Positions 30,214 through 39,313 of a DNA stretch of 64,000 nt are shown here, one piece after another. The stretch comes from Candidatus Latescibacterota bacterium (GTDB lineage Bacteria; Latescibacterota; UBA2968; UBA8231). Position 1 is the stretch's first letter. Each line of letters starts with the position of its first letter. The DNA lies in assembly GCA_965203175.1 (NCBI GenBank), contig OZ241867.1, forward strand, positions 6,432,001 to 6,496,000. Direction: 5' to 3'. Below the pieces are notes generated by a model, which ran no database searches, was not told the DNA's origin, and saw only the letters and a program-made list of their open reading frames with translations. A program made the translations under genes and the position numbers.

Positions 30214-32262
30214 TCAGTACGCCACGCCCAAGGGCCGCATCGTCTGCCCGCTGCGCGCATCCCCTTGCACCTCAATCCGCACCAAGTAGATGCCGGGGGC
30301 AACGCGCTGGCCCCGCTCGTCGGTGCCGTCCCAATGCACGGCGTCGTACACGCCGTTTTGCCCTTCGGCGTCAAAGAGGCGGCGCACCCGCCGGCCCCCT
30401 AAATCCCACAAATCGATCACAATCCGCGCTTTGCCGATGACCGCCAGCACCTCGAAGTTCACGTCGAGGACATCGTTCACGCCGTCCCCATTGGGCGTCA
30501 AGACATCGCTGCCGACGGCGAAATTGCCGATCAAGCTGCCCTCATTCACCGCGCGGCTCAACACAGTCGTCCCCGATTCGGTCGCCACGTCGCCTTCCGC
30601 CAAAAAGGCCGCGTTGCCCGGAGAAATGCCCTGAAAGGCATCCTCTTCTAGCAGCAGGGCACGGCCGCCAAAGCGGGTGCTAAAGGCCAGCACCCGGCTG
30701 GCGAAGTGAATTTTCAACACCGCGTCGTGCTGGTTGATGGCCGGGAAACTTACCGCAAAGCGCTGGTCGTCAATGGCGGTGATGGCGACCTCGCCTTCGG
30801 TTGTGACTCCATCGGTGACCGCAAAGGCGTGGTCGATCACCTGCTGGCCGCTGGCGTCAATGATCTCGATCCGCTCGACGCGGCCCACGCGACTCGGCGT
30901 AAACACCTCAAAGCTGTTGAAACCCTGCACGTAATCGCTCTCCATCTCGGCCCGCACCGCGTACACAAAGGGCACGTCGGCAGCAGCCGGGACCTCGCGG
31001 GGGAAAATCTCGCCGACGAGGGCGTCCGCTAGCGGCGGAGCGGAAAACTCAAGCGCGATCTGCTGGAGAATGTGGCTCGCCTCCAAGTGCTGGCTCTGGA
31101 ATTCTACGCGGAATTGGAAATAGCGGCTGGGACCGGGCGAGAGAATCTGCGTACCCGCGGCCAACTCTTCCAGCGCATAAGGCGAAGTCCACGGACTCCA
31201 GTTTGCCAAGTCGTCGCGCACCGAGCCGCGCTCCCAATCGTCGCCCTGACGCCCGCGCTCGGGCAGCTTTAAGTACTCCTTGCGCAACAGCGGCTCGTCC
31301 GGATTATCCACGGACGACGGGATCTCAGGGGCGTCTTGCAGGGCCACCTGCTTACGGGTGTACGCCAAGGGACTGGGATCGTGACCGCTGCGGGTGCGCA
31401 ACTGCATGTCGGCCAGGTCCGCAGCCCCTACTTGCTGCTGCAAGGTGCGGATGAGGCCCCAATTGGCCGGGCTGCCCATGTCGATGATCGGCGAGATATA
31501 GCGCGCCGTCGGAAAGAACCCCTCGCCAAAGACCTGGAGCTTCTCGATCTCAAAGGGAATGGCCGACGTGGCCCGCAGGCGGATGAAGCGAATGTAGCGC
31601 GGCGGGTCGATGAGCACTTCGGTGATCCGGTCGCTGTTGTCGTTGCGCACGACATAGGTCTCCCAGATCGGGTTGCCCGAGCTGGTCAGCACCAAGCCGT
31701 CGTTGATCTCTACTTCAAAGTTTTTCAAAAAGTCGTTTTGAAAGGGGGTGCCGGGCGAGGGAAAGATCGTGTTGCGCGGAAAAAAGCGCAGCCGGTTGAC
31801 CCCAAAGCGCGCGCCCAAGTCGAGAATGAGCTGGGTCCCCAAGATGTCGTCTTCTTTGCGCTCGAATGCCTGCCCGGTCGGGTCGGCCGCGAGCATGTCC
31901 TCGAAAATCACCTGGAGTTGCAAAGCGGTCAGGTCGAAGACGGTCGGTGCGCGCAACGAGCCACCCCGATCCAGCACCTCTGCGGCCAAATTCTGCTCGG
32001 CACCCACTCGCCGCGGCAGGATACTGCCCGGAAAATCCGCACTTTTAAACTCGATCAAATCGGCCGGTGCATAGCCTATTTCGGTGACATTGGGGTCGAG
32101 AAAGGAGCGGTGCTCGGGCTGGATCGTCGAAATGTCCTCAGCCCCTTCGACCCGCCCGGTCCACGAGATTTGCCCGTCCTGTCCAATCAGCAGGACTTGT
32201 CGGGCCGCTAGCGGCTGCACCAAGCACGCACTTAGAACCCCAATCAGCAACGCGGCTCTCAT
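30214..32262 (-). CDS. Secreted protein with FlgD-like / TPNGDG CTD (paralog)
   Basis: Signal peptide; discoidin-like ILDLG..LRFFPR; RTRSG..WSPWT..SPGPSRYFQ; LTPNGDGVND..WDGTD..VAPGIY..VAY. Confidence 0.75.
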   Translation of the reverse strand: MRAALLIGVLSACLVQPLAARQVLLIGQDGQISWTGRVEGAEDISTIQPEHRSFLDPNVTEIGYAPADLIEFKSADFPGSILPRRVGAEQNLAAEVLDRGGSLRAPTVFDLTALQLQVIFEDMLAADPTGQAFERKEDDILGTQLILDLGARFGVNRLRFFPRNTIFPSPGTPFQNDFLKNFEVEINDGLVLTSSGNPIWETYVVRNDNSDRITEVLIDPPRYIRFIRLRATSAIPFEIEKLQVFGEGFFPTARYISPIIDMGSPANWGLIRTLQQQVGAADLADMQLRTRSGHDPSPLAYTRKQVALQDAPEIPSSVDNPDEPLLRKEYLKLPERGRQGDDWERGSVRDDLANWSPWTSPYALEELAAGTQILSPGPSRYFQFRVEFQSQHLEASHILQQIALEFSAPPLADALVGEIFPREVPAAADVPFVYAVRAEMESDYVQGFNSFEVFTPSRVGRVERIEIIDASGQQVIDHAFAVTDGVTTEGEVAITAIDDQRFAVSFPAINQHDAVLKIHFASRVLAFSTRFGGRALLLEEDAFQGISPGNAAFLAEGDVATESGTTVLSRAVNEGSLIGNFAVGSDVLTPNGDGVNDVLDVNFEVLAVIGKARIVIDLWDLGGRRVRRLFDAEGQNGVYDAVHWDGTDERGQRVAPGIYLVRIEVQGDARSGQTMRPLGVAY

Positions 32263-33305
32263 GGTATTTCTCCCGACAATTGTTTCAACAACACGTCCCG
32301 CTCGGTCTGCACGCGCGCGGCGACTTTGGCGCGCTGCTCTTGGCGCTGGTACTGGGCAAACGCCTCCCGTGCGGCCTCTTCCTCGCCCAGCAGCCCGTAG
32401 AGCTTGCTCAGAAAGAAATGCACCCGGTAGTCGTCCGGGGTAGCCTCAGCCAACTTAGCGACGCAAGTGAGGGCCTCTTGGTAGCGCCCCTGCCAGAACA
32501 GCAGCTTGCCCAGCCCCCACAAATCGGCGCTTGAACCGGGTCTTTCCACTAGCGCGGCCTCGAGCTGCTCCTCCGCCTTTTGCATGGCTTCCTCCCCGAC
32601 CAGCCCTTGTTCCCGCCACCAGCCCTCCGCCCTAGCGCTGCCCAGCTCGCCGCTGCGGTGGTCCAGCTCAATGAGGAGATCCGCCAGCCTCAAGGCCGCT
32701 TGCCGCGCATAGGTCTTTTGCGCCAACAGTTCGACGTAGGCCGCAATCGCTGGTTCGGCCCGGCCTTCGGCCGCGTAAATGCGCGCTAGCTGGTACCGGG
32801 CCCGGCTGCTGTCGGGGCGCAGCACCAGCAAGTCGCCGTAGGACTGGGCCGCACTCTGCAAGTCGCCGCTCAGGCTCTGCGCGTCGCCTAGACGACCGAG
32901 CAACGCAGCGGGATCACCCCCTTGATCGAGCAAGGTCCGGTAGAGGCTAGCGGCGGCGACCGGTTGCCCCGAAGCTACATAGCGAGCCGCCAGCAACTCC
33001 TGCGCTCGGCTTTCTTCGGGCCAACGCTCTAACAGTTCGCGGTACGCGGCAATGGCCTTGTCGTGTTCGTCCTTTTCGCCGTAGAGCGCGCCGAGCGCGT
33101 AATAGGCAGCGGGAGAATCGACTCCTGCCGCGACCGCACTCCGGTACTCGCGCAGGGCGTTGGCCGTCATGCCCTGCTCTTGGTATGCGTGGCCCGCCCA
33201 GTAGTGCTGCTCCCCTTTTGATCTACTATCGCACGCATGGAGTCCAATAGTGAGCGCGACCAGGACCACCCACGGTCGCCGGACCAATGTGGCTAGCTGG
33301 CGCAT
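32259..33305 (-). CDS. Tetratricopeptide repeat protein, probable lipoprotein
   Basis: LHAC lipobox-like after hydrophobic stretch; AYYALGALY..AIAAYRELL..P TPR units. Confidence 0.85.
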   Translation of the reverse strand: MRQLATLVRRPWVVLVALTIGLHACDSRSKGEQHYWAGHAYQEQGMTANALREYRSAVAAGVDSPAAYYALGALYGEKDEHDKAIAAYRELLERWPEESRAQELLAARYVASGQPVAAASLYRTLLDQGGDPAALLGRLGDAQSLSGDLQSAAQSYGDLLVLRPDSSRARYQLARIYAAEGRAEPAIAAYVELLAQKTYARQAALRLADLLIELDHRSGELGSARAEGWWREQGLVGEEAMQKAEEQLEAALVERPGSSADLWGLGKLLFWQGRYQEALTCVAKLAEATPDDYRVHFFLSKLYGLLGEEEAAREAFAQYQRQEQRAKVAARVQTERDVLLKQLSGEIP

Positions 33306-35969
33306 CTAGTTCAGCCCTGCGTAAATCGTCACAAAGGATTCGTTGGTCGTCCGCGCCTTCTGCCCGGTGAACTGCTTGCGCTCCACCTTCATGCCGGTCA
33401 GGGCGCGGAGCTTGTAGCCGAGGTAGTTGGATTCATTGCTGAATTGAACGGCTACGGTCACCGCGTCGAAGTCGTTGGCGTCGGCGTCTAAGTCGTTGAA
33501 GATCGCGTACTCCACCCCGGCCTGGAGCTTGGTCACCTGCAAGACCTGCGTCTCCACCAAGCCCGAAAACAGCTCCATCAGGCTGGTGTGGCTGTTGAGC
33601 GACAGCAAGCTGCGGCTCTGCTTGCGGAACTCGCTCTTCCAGCGCGGCTCCAGCGACCACGCCCCGAGCTGTAAGCGATAGCTCGCTTTGTTGATCAGGC
33701 CGAAAAAGAAATCAGAAGGCGCCAGGCCGTATTTCTCCCGCTGGGCCTTTTCCATTTGCTGGTGAAAGTGGAGCCAGTGCATCTTGGTGGTCAGAAAGAG
33801 TGCCGCCACCTGTAGATTGTGGCCGACAAAGAGCTGGTTGGCCCAAGTGTCGCGCGCCAACAGCGGGTCCTCGACCTTGGTCAACTCGCCGCCGCGCAGT
33901 GTATTGTCCGGTGCCCACTGCAACAACGGGTTGGGAATGTCGTCTTTGACCAACTTACTCATCTCAAAGACTCGGAAGCGGCCCAGCCGCGGCGCATCGC
34001 GTTCATAGGTGAACATCAGGTAGTTGCTCTCGTTTTTGCGCGCCGAGGAAATCAGCCCCTCGCGCAGCGCACCCACCACCAAGCGCGCCCGCGGCGTGAT
34101 GTCGGCCCCGAGGTGGATGTTGAATCCCCGGTGATCCCGGCGATACGGATAATCCGGCTCCTCGTCGTTTTCGTATTGATCGACCCAAAAATTGTTGTTC
34201 ATATCGACGCCAAAGAGAAACTCGGGCCGATCGACGTAAAACCGCAGAAACGCCTCCTCATAGTCCGGCTCGGTATTCGAGCGCACAAACGTGTCATTTT
34301 GGTTGAAGTCGGGCACGAAGTCGTTGTTCTGATCCCAGCCCGGAAAAACCTGTTGATCGCCGCTGAGAAAGTCGAAGCGCACGTTGTCCGGGAATTTGTC
34401 CTGATCGTCGTTGTCATCGACCAAATCGACCAAGCCGCGCTCGTTGTCGTAGTCGAAGTCCCCAGTGCCCGAGGTGATAAAGGTCTGAGTATTGTAGCGC
34501 GGATCCATGCTGTAAAACTCGCCAAAGGCAAAGTAGGGAGCGGCCTTCTTGGACACGTTGACCATCCAAGCGGGAGCCGAGCGCCGGCCGCCGATCCCCG
34601 AGAATGCCTCGTGGGTTTCCGTGAGCACGTTGGGGTACTTCCGATAGCTCCAACTCAGGTCGTACTCACCGTACAAGTCGAAGCCCTGTAGGTCTTGCAA
34701 CTCGACGCTGCCGCCAAAGATGTGGGTCGCCGTCGGCAGGCCGTACTCAAAGCGAATGGTCTGCAAGTTGGTGATGTCCTGGACATTGCCCTCGGCCTGC
34801 GCGACGAGCAGCAAAACCTCCTGGCCGTCGAGGTTGATCTGGCGGTCCGAGGTCATCCAGACCTGATAGTCGTTGCCCAGCGTCAGCAGGAATTCGACCT
34901 TGGCGATTTCGTCCTTGGCAAAACGGGCGCGATCGACAAAATCCGGGCTGTCGAAATCGTACACGAGCCGCATCTCCTCCGGCCCGTTGGCGGCGACAAA
35001 GCCCTGCTGCAAGAAGCCACCCTCGATGATCGGCTCAAAGCCAATGGCCTTGCCTGATTCCTCCGAGCCGTCGCGATAGGTGATCTGCACGTCCGACGCA
35101 TCGGGAAAAAACGCCGCGCCGCCCACGCCGTCTTCGGGCGAGTCGTCGCGCAACACGAGCTTGACGAGCGAGATGGTTTTGTTCTGCCCGATGGTCAGCG
35201 AGCCAGCGAATGGGTTGCCGGCCTGCTTGTCGAGCAAGGTGTGCGACTGGTGGGCGTTGGCCGTGTGCAGCGCGACTTCGGCAAAGTCGCCAATCTGAGC
35301 TCCCAACCGTCCACCTGCCAAGATGGTGTTGTTCGTCCGCAGCACCTCGCGGTCCCCAGTCGAGCCGCCGCCGGGGTTGCTCAGCCGCGAAAACAAAAAG
35401 GTCGCTTCGTAGCGGTCGGTAGCCAGATCGAACTGCACGCCGTCCATGCGGGCCTTGGCAAACACCATCGGCGACAGCACCGAGCGCAGGCGGCTGCTCG
35501 CCGTCAAGGTGTAGAAGTACTGGCCCTTGTTGTCTTGCGCCACCACGACTTCGGAAAACCAGCTTTGGAAGCGGGAGGACTTAAACAGCACGTTGCCAAA
35601 CTGCTGGGGCTTGCTTTGCGAGTTGTTGAAAATCAGCCAGCCGCGCGTGAGGAAATTGCCGTACAGATCGTAGAAGTAATCGCCCTCCAAGGTCGTTTCC
35701 ACGTAGCGCTCATAAGGGTTGCGCGCATAGTTGGTGTATTCCCACTGCCGCCAATGGTACTCGCTGTACAGCTCCTGCGGCACGTACCAGCGGCGCACGG
35801 CCGGGTCGAGCGCGTTCAGGGCCACTCCGGGGCCTTGGGGCGCGAGGCTAGTCTGATCGCCGAGCTGTAAGCCCAAGCGCGTTCCGTACTGGCCTTGAGC
35901 GACAGCCGGCGCATCGACCGCGCTCCACAACATTAGGAGACCGCAATAAATACCGGTCTTTGGTCTCAA
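33306..35969 (-). CDS. Large secreted hypothetical protein, probable outer-membrane beta-barrel with Asp-rich region (paralog of 25405-28128)
   Basis: GGAGG RBS before TTG 35969; shares ALDPA.RRWYVPQ, LEGDYFYDLYGN, LRDDSPEDG, PDYPYRRD with paralog; ends FVTIYAGLN. Confidence 0.6.
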   Translation of the reverse strand: MRPKTGIYCGLLMLWSAVDAPAVAQGQYGTRLGLQLGDQTSLAPQGPGVALNALDPAVRRWYVPQELYSEYHWRQWEYTNYARNPYERYVETTLEGDYFYDLYGNFLTRGWLIFNNSQSKPQQFGNVLFKSSRFQSWFSEVVVAQDNKGQYFYTLTASSRLRSVLSPMVFAKARMDGVQFDLATDRYEATFLFSRLSNPGGGSTGDREVLRTNNTILAGGRLGAQIGDFAEVALHTANAHQSHTLLDKQAGNPFAGSLTIGQNKTISLVKLVLRDDSPEDGVGGAAFFPDASDVQITYRDGSEESGKAIGFEPIIEGGFLQQGFVAANGPEEMRLVYDFDSPDFVDRARFAKDEIAKVEFLLTLGNDYQVWMTSDRQINLDGQEVLLLVAQAEGNVQDITNLQTIRFEYGLPTATHIFGGSVELQDLQGFDLYGEYDLSWSYRKYPNVLTETHEAFSGIGGRRSAPAWMVNVSKKAAPYFAFGEFYSMDPRYNTQTFITSGTGDFDYDNERGLVDLVDDNDDQDKFPDNVRFDFLSGDQQVFPGWDQNNDFVPDFNQNDTFVRSNTEPDYEEAFLRFYVDRPEFLFGVDMNNNFWVDQYENDEEPDYPYRRDHRGFNIHLGADITPRARLVVGALREGLISSARKNESNYLMFTYERDAPRLGRFRVFEMSKLVKDDIPNPLLQWAPDNTLRGGELTKVEDPLLARDTWANQLFVGHNLQVAALFLTTKMHWLHFHQQMEKAQREKYGLAPSDFFFGLINKASYRLQLGAWSLEPRWKSEFRKQSRSLLSLNSHTSLMELFSGLVETQVLQVTKLQAGVEYAIFNDLDADANDFDAVTVAVQFSNESNYLGYKLRALTGMKVERKQFTGQKARTTNESFVTIYAGLN

Positions 35970-35994
35970 GATAACCTCCCTTTGCAATGCCTTA

Positions 35995-36155
35995 GAGTCC
36001 CTACCCAACCGTTCGGCGTCGGCCCAAGCGCGTGCGAGCAAGGCCGTGGCCAAGGCACCCGACGAAGGCATATTAAACAATATGCCGACCGAGGGTAACG
36101 CCGGCCACGGTCGGCGCAGCCGCGCGACGCCAGCAGAGCGGTTGGGTAGGGACTC
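35995..36155. mobile_element. 161-bp MITE (IS5/IS1031-group-like ends) inserted at a stop codon
   Basis: Perfect 17-bp TIRs GAGTCCCTACCCAACCG (35995-36011) / CGGTTGGGTAGGGACTC (36139-36155); TTA duplicated at 35992-35994 and 36156-36158; internally palindromic. Confidence 0.85.
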
Positions 36156-39100
36156 TTAATATGCAACGGCTATGAGGTGGGTGCGGGTCGTCCCTCCGAC
36201 TCCTTCTGCATCCGCCTCTACTGTGATCTGACATAAGTACAACCCCGGCGGCACCACCTGCCCGGCCTCGTCCTTCCCATCCCACCTAAACTGCTGCGGC
36301 CCGCCGGTCACTAATCCCGTTAGCTGCCGCACCTGTCGTCCAGCCAGCGTGTACAGGTGGATGATCAACGGCCGCGCAGCCTGCACGCGGAACAGGGAAA
36401 AACCGATCTCCGCAGTCTCGTTGATCCCGTCGCCATTGGGGGTAAACGGATTGGGCGCGATGGCAATATCGTCGATGGTGGCCTGCGCCCCCTGCGCGCC
36501 AATCGACAGGCTCTTAGAAGGGCTCAGGGCGGTCGCGTCGCCCCCGTCGGCCACCTGCCAAGGCGTCGCGGGCTGGCTCTGCCGCACGGCGACCTGCATC
36601 CGCGTCCCTTGCAGGTACACCCGCCCTGCAAAGCGCACGCGCAACAGCCGGCCGCGGCCCACTATCCAACCCCGCTGACTGCCCAGCCGACCATAGGTCC
36701 GCTCGTCGAGGCTGTCGCCAGCCGCGTCAAAGGGCACCTGATCGCCTAACCCGACCACCTTGCGGAAGTAGCGCACCGGCCCCTGTTCGTCCGCGCTGAG
36801 TGCTTCGTAGTTCGCGGCGTCCACTTCGGCCAAACTACCGTCTGCCCCCCGCTGAAAGTAGCGCACTGCGCCCTGCTCGGCATCCGGCAAGAGGCTGTGC
36901 GAGGTAAAGGTCAACAGATTGCGATCCAATCCGGTGGGCACCTCGTCGCCGGGAAGGACCGACCGGTAGTACACGGGCGTGAGCACATCGTCCGGCGCCC
37001 CCTGCACAATCTGCGGGAATTCCAACCACAGCGAGTCGCCCTCGGAGTGTACCCTCAGCTCGTCGTCCCACTGGAGCGGCGCTCCGGCCAACAACTCGGC
37101 CTCGGAACCCATAGCCGCATCGACGAACTTCAGCGCAAACGACGGCTCCGCGTGCAAGAGCAATTGGTCGAAGCCCGGGCTGCGCACATTGGCCGGCTGC
37201 TGCAAAAAGTTGGGCTGTACGTAGAGCGCAAAGGTGTCGAGTACCCCGGCCTCAGCAGTAGTCGGCCACACCTCGGCCCGCAGGTGCTGAGCCACCGGCT
37301 GGTGGAACGCGACCGCAATGCGGTGCAGGGCCGCCGCGTTTTCACCGCTGCTTTTGAGGCGCGCTTGGATCTGCATGAAGCGCCGCAAGCCCGGCGAAGT
37401 AGCTAAGTCCCCGGGCTGCAAATAGCGCTGGCTCCACGGACTCCAACCCGGCCCCACCACCACGGTCGTGTCCGAAGGCCCCTTCAGAAAGCCGGCCAGC
37501 GTCCTGTACTCGTCCGCGGTCTTCTGGTTGCCAGTTTTGTCGAAATAGCGGATTTGCTGCAAAAGCTGGTCGCCGGTGCGGGTGCGGATCTCCACATCCG
37601 TGCCCTGGGGCGTGTTCGCCTCCCAGTGCACCTCACCCAAGCCCACCAACCCCGGCAGCTCGATCAGATCCGACTCCAGCACCACCTCGGCCGGTGCCCC
37701 CTCGGCGAGCAGCATGAACTCGTGATGATACGACCAGAACTGATTCATGTGGCCGGTGCCGCCCGGGCCGGTGGCCCTAAATCCTGGGGGTACGTGACCG
37801 AGGGTGACCAAGTCGAGGAAGCGAGTCAAAACTGGCGGGTTTTGAATGTCGGCGATATCGCGAAAGTTGCCGGTGAACACATTGCGCTCGCGTTCCTCCG
37901 GGTTGATGCGCTGCCACTTGAGATTGCCTTGAGCGTCGCGCTCGCCCGTGGAGGCGCGCATGATGTAGCCCCGGCTGCTGCCCACTAAGCGGGTCTGAGC
38001 CAAGCGCACAATGCCTCCCATATCTATGGTCAGCACGTTGGCGGTGGGGTTTTTCGGGTTGCGGATTTGGTGTGAGAATCCAGTGCCGGCGTCGCCGTCG
38101 AACGCAAGCAGCGTATTGGTCCCATCGGTCGTCAGCACGTACGAGCCGCCGTTTTCAATCAGGTTGATGCCCAAGTTGTCGCCCCAGCCGTGCGCTTTGA
38201 CTTCAGCTAGGCGCGGCAACTCGCGGCGGTAGTAATCCCGTCGCCCCTGGCGCTGCTCTTCTAGAGCCTGATAGGTGGCTTCGTCCACCGGCTCTTCGCG
38301 GCCGGCCACGTCGCGCGCGAAATAGACGATATCCCCGCGCTCTGCTTCCGGCAGTGCTTCCCACGCCTCTTGATCTATCTGTCCGGCCCGCCCGCCGCGC
38401 GTATCCGTGATGACGATGCGGATCGTCTCGATCTTGCGCCCAGTCCACTCGGGCGAGCGGTGCAAGCTCTCCGCGAGCTTCTTGTCGCTGACCACGCCAG
38501 TGGCCGGGGGCAGTTCGGGGCTGGTGTGCTCGCTTTCAAAGATGTATTCGCGCTGCGTGGTATTGGGCGCGTCTTGCGGGATGAAGAGCTGGAAGCCAAT
38601 GCGGCTGTTCGGCTCGTGCAGCAGCGCACTCTGCCGGTCCGACAGCAGCATGATGAAGCGCAGGAAGGGATCTCCGAGTGCCTCATCGACAAACTGGAAC
38701 TTGAGCCGCTCCACCGGCACCACTCTTCCCAAGTCCACCTCGATCCACCACTGCTCGATGGGATCGCGCGGGTCCGGCTCCCAGAACGTGGTCGGATCGC
38801 CGTCGAGAATATTGGCCGCGAGCCGCGGATTGGACCCCACTCGGCTGATACCCGGCCGCACCCAATAGTCAAAGACCAGCTCGTTGAGCGTATTCCGTAT
38901 CGGCTCGCCAAACACGTCGAACTGCATGGTGCTGTCGATGGTGCCGATGCGCGGCTCGGGCTTGCTGATGACGATCGGACGCTTGAATCCGGGATCATCT
39001 AGGACGTTGAAGACCGTCCGCAGCGAATGCGCCCGCACCGAACCGTCCTCGTGGATGCGCGCCAGATGAGTGGGAATGGACCACTGCTGCCAGTGGCTGG

Positions 39101-39212
39101 CCCGCTCAACTACGACTTCGTCACCGGCGATCTGATAGCCCGACTGGGCCTCGGCCAATACCCAACTCAGCGCTAGGCCGACGAGGATCTGCACGGCGAA
39201 GTGGCTCTTCAT
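36156..39212 (-). CDS. Large secreted protein with FlgD-like / TPNGDG CTD (paralog, with internal repeats)
   Basis: Signal peptide; ILDGDPTTFW..WIEVDLG discoidin-like; RTRTG..WSPWS..SPGLRRFMQ; FTPNGDGINE..WDGKD..VPPGLY..VAY. Confidence 0.75.
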   Translation of the reverse strand: MKSHFAVQILVGLALSWVLAEAQSGYQIAGDEVVVERASHWQQWSIPTHLARIHEDGSVRAHSLRTVFNVLDDPGFKRPIVISKPEPRIGTIDSTMQFDVFGEPIRNTLNELVFDYWVRPGISRVGSNPRLAANILDGDPTTFWEPDPRDPIEQWWIEVDLGRVVPVERLKFQFVDEALGDPFLRFIMLLSDRQSALLHEPNSRIGFQLFIPQDAPNTTQREYIFESEHTSPELPPATGVVSDKKLAESLHRSPEWTGRKIETIRIVITDTRGGRAGQIDQEAWEALPEAERGDIVYFARDVAGREEPVDEATYQALEEQRQGRRDYYRRELPRLAEVKAHGWGDNLGINLIENGGSYVLTTDGTNTLLAFDGDAGTGFSHQIRNPKNPTANVLTIDMGGIVRLAQTRLVGSSRGYIMRASTGERDAQGNLKWQRINPEERERNVFTGNFRDIADIQNPPVLTRFLDLVTLGHVPPGFRATGPGGTGHMNQFWSYHHEFMLLAEGAPAEVVLESDLIELPGLVGLGEVHWEANTPQGTDVEIRTRTGDQLLQQIRYFDKTGNQKTADEYRTLAGFLKGPSDTTVVVGPGWSPWSQRYLQPGDLATSPGLRRFMQIQARLKSSGENAAALHRIAVAFHQPVAQHLRAEVWPTTAEAGVLDTFALYVQPNFLQQPANVRSPGFDQLLLHAEPSFALKFVDAAMGSEAELLAGAPLQWDDELRVHSEGDSLWLEFPQIVQGAPDDVLTPVYYRSVLPGDEVPTGLDRNLLTFTSHSLLPDAEQGAVRYFQRGADGSLAEVDAANYEALSADEQGPVRYFRKVVGLGDQVPFDAAGDSLDERTYGRLGSQRGWIVGRGRLLRVRFAGRVYLQGTRMQVAVRQSQPATPWQVADGGDATALSPSKSLSIGAQGAQATIDDIAIAPNPFTPNGDGINETAEIGFSLFRVQAARPLIIHLYTLAGRQVRQLTGLVTGGPQQFRWDGKDEAGQVVPPGLYLCQITVEADAEGVGGTTRTHLIAVAY

Positions 39213-39313
39213 AGTTCCACTTTCTCCCTCACTCGCCAGCGGCCCGCCCTTGCCGCGGCGCTTGCTGAAAAACTATTAGGTATGGTTAAAACTCAGGGCT
39301 GTCAAGATAGCCG

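Noticed and set aside
35970-36080. N-terminal extension of the 924-aa ORF
   Set aside because: It lies mostly within the MITE; an RBS and signal peptide support TTG 35969.
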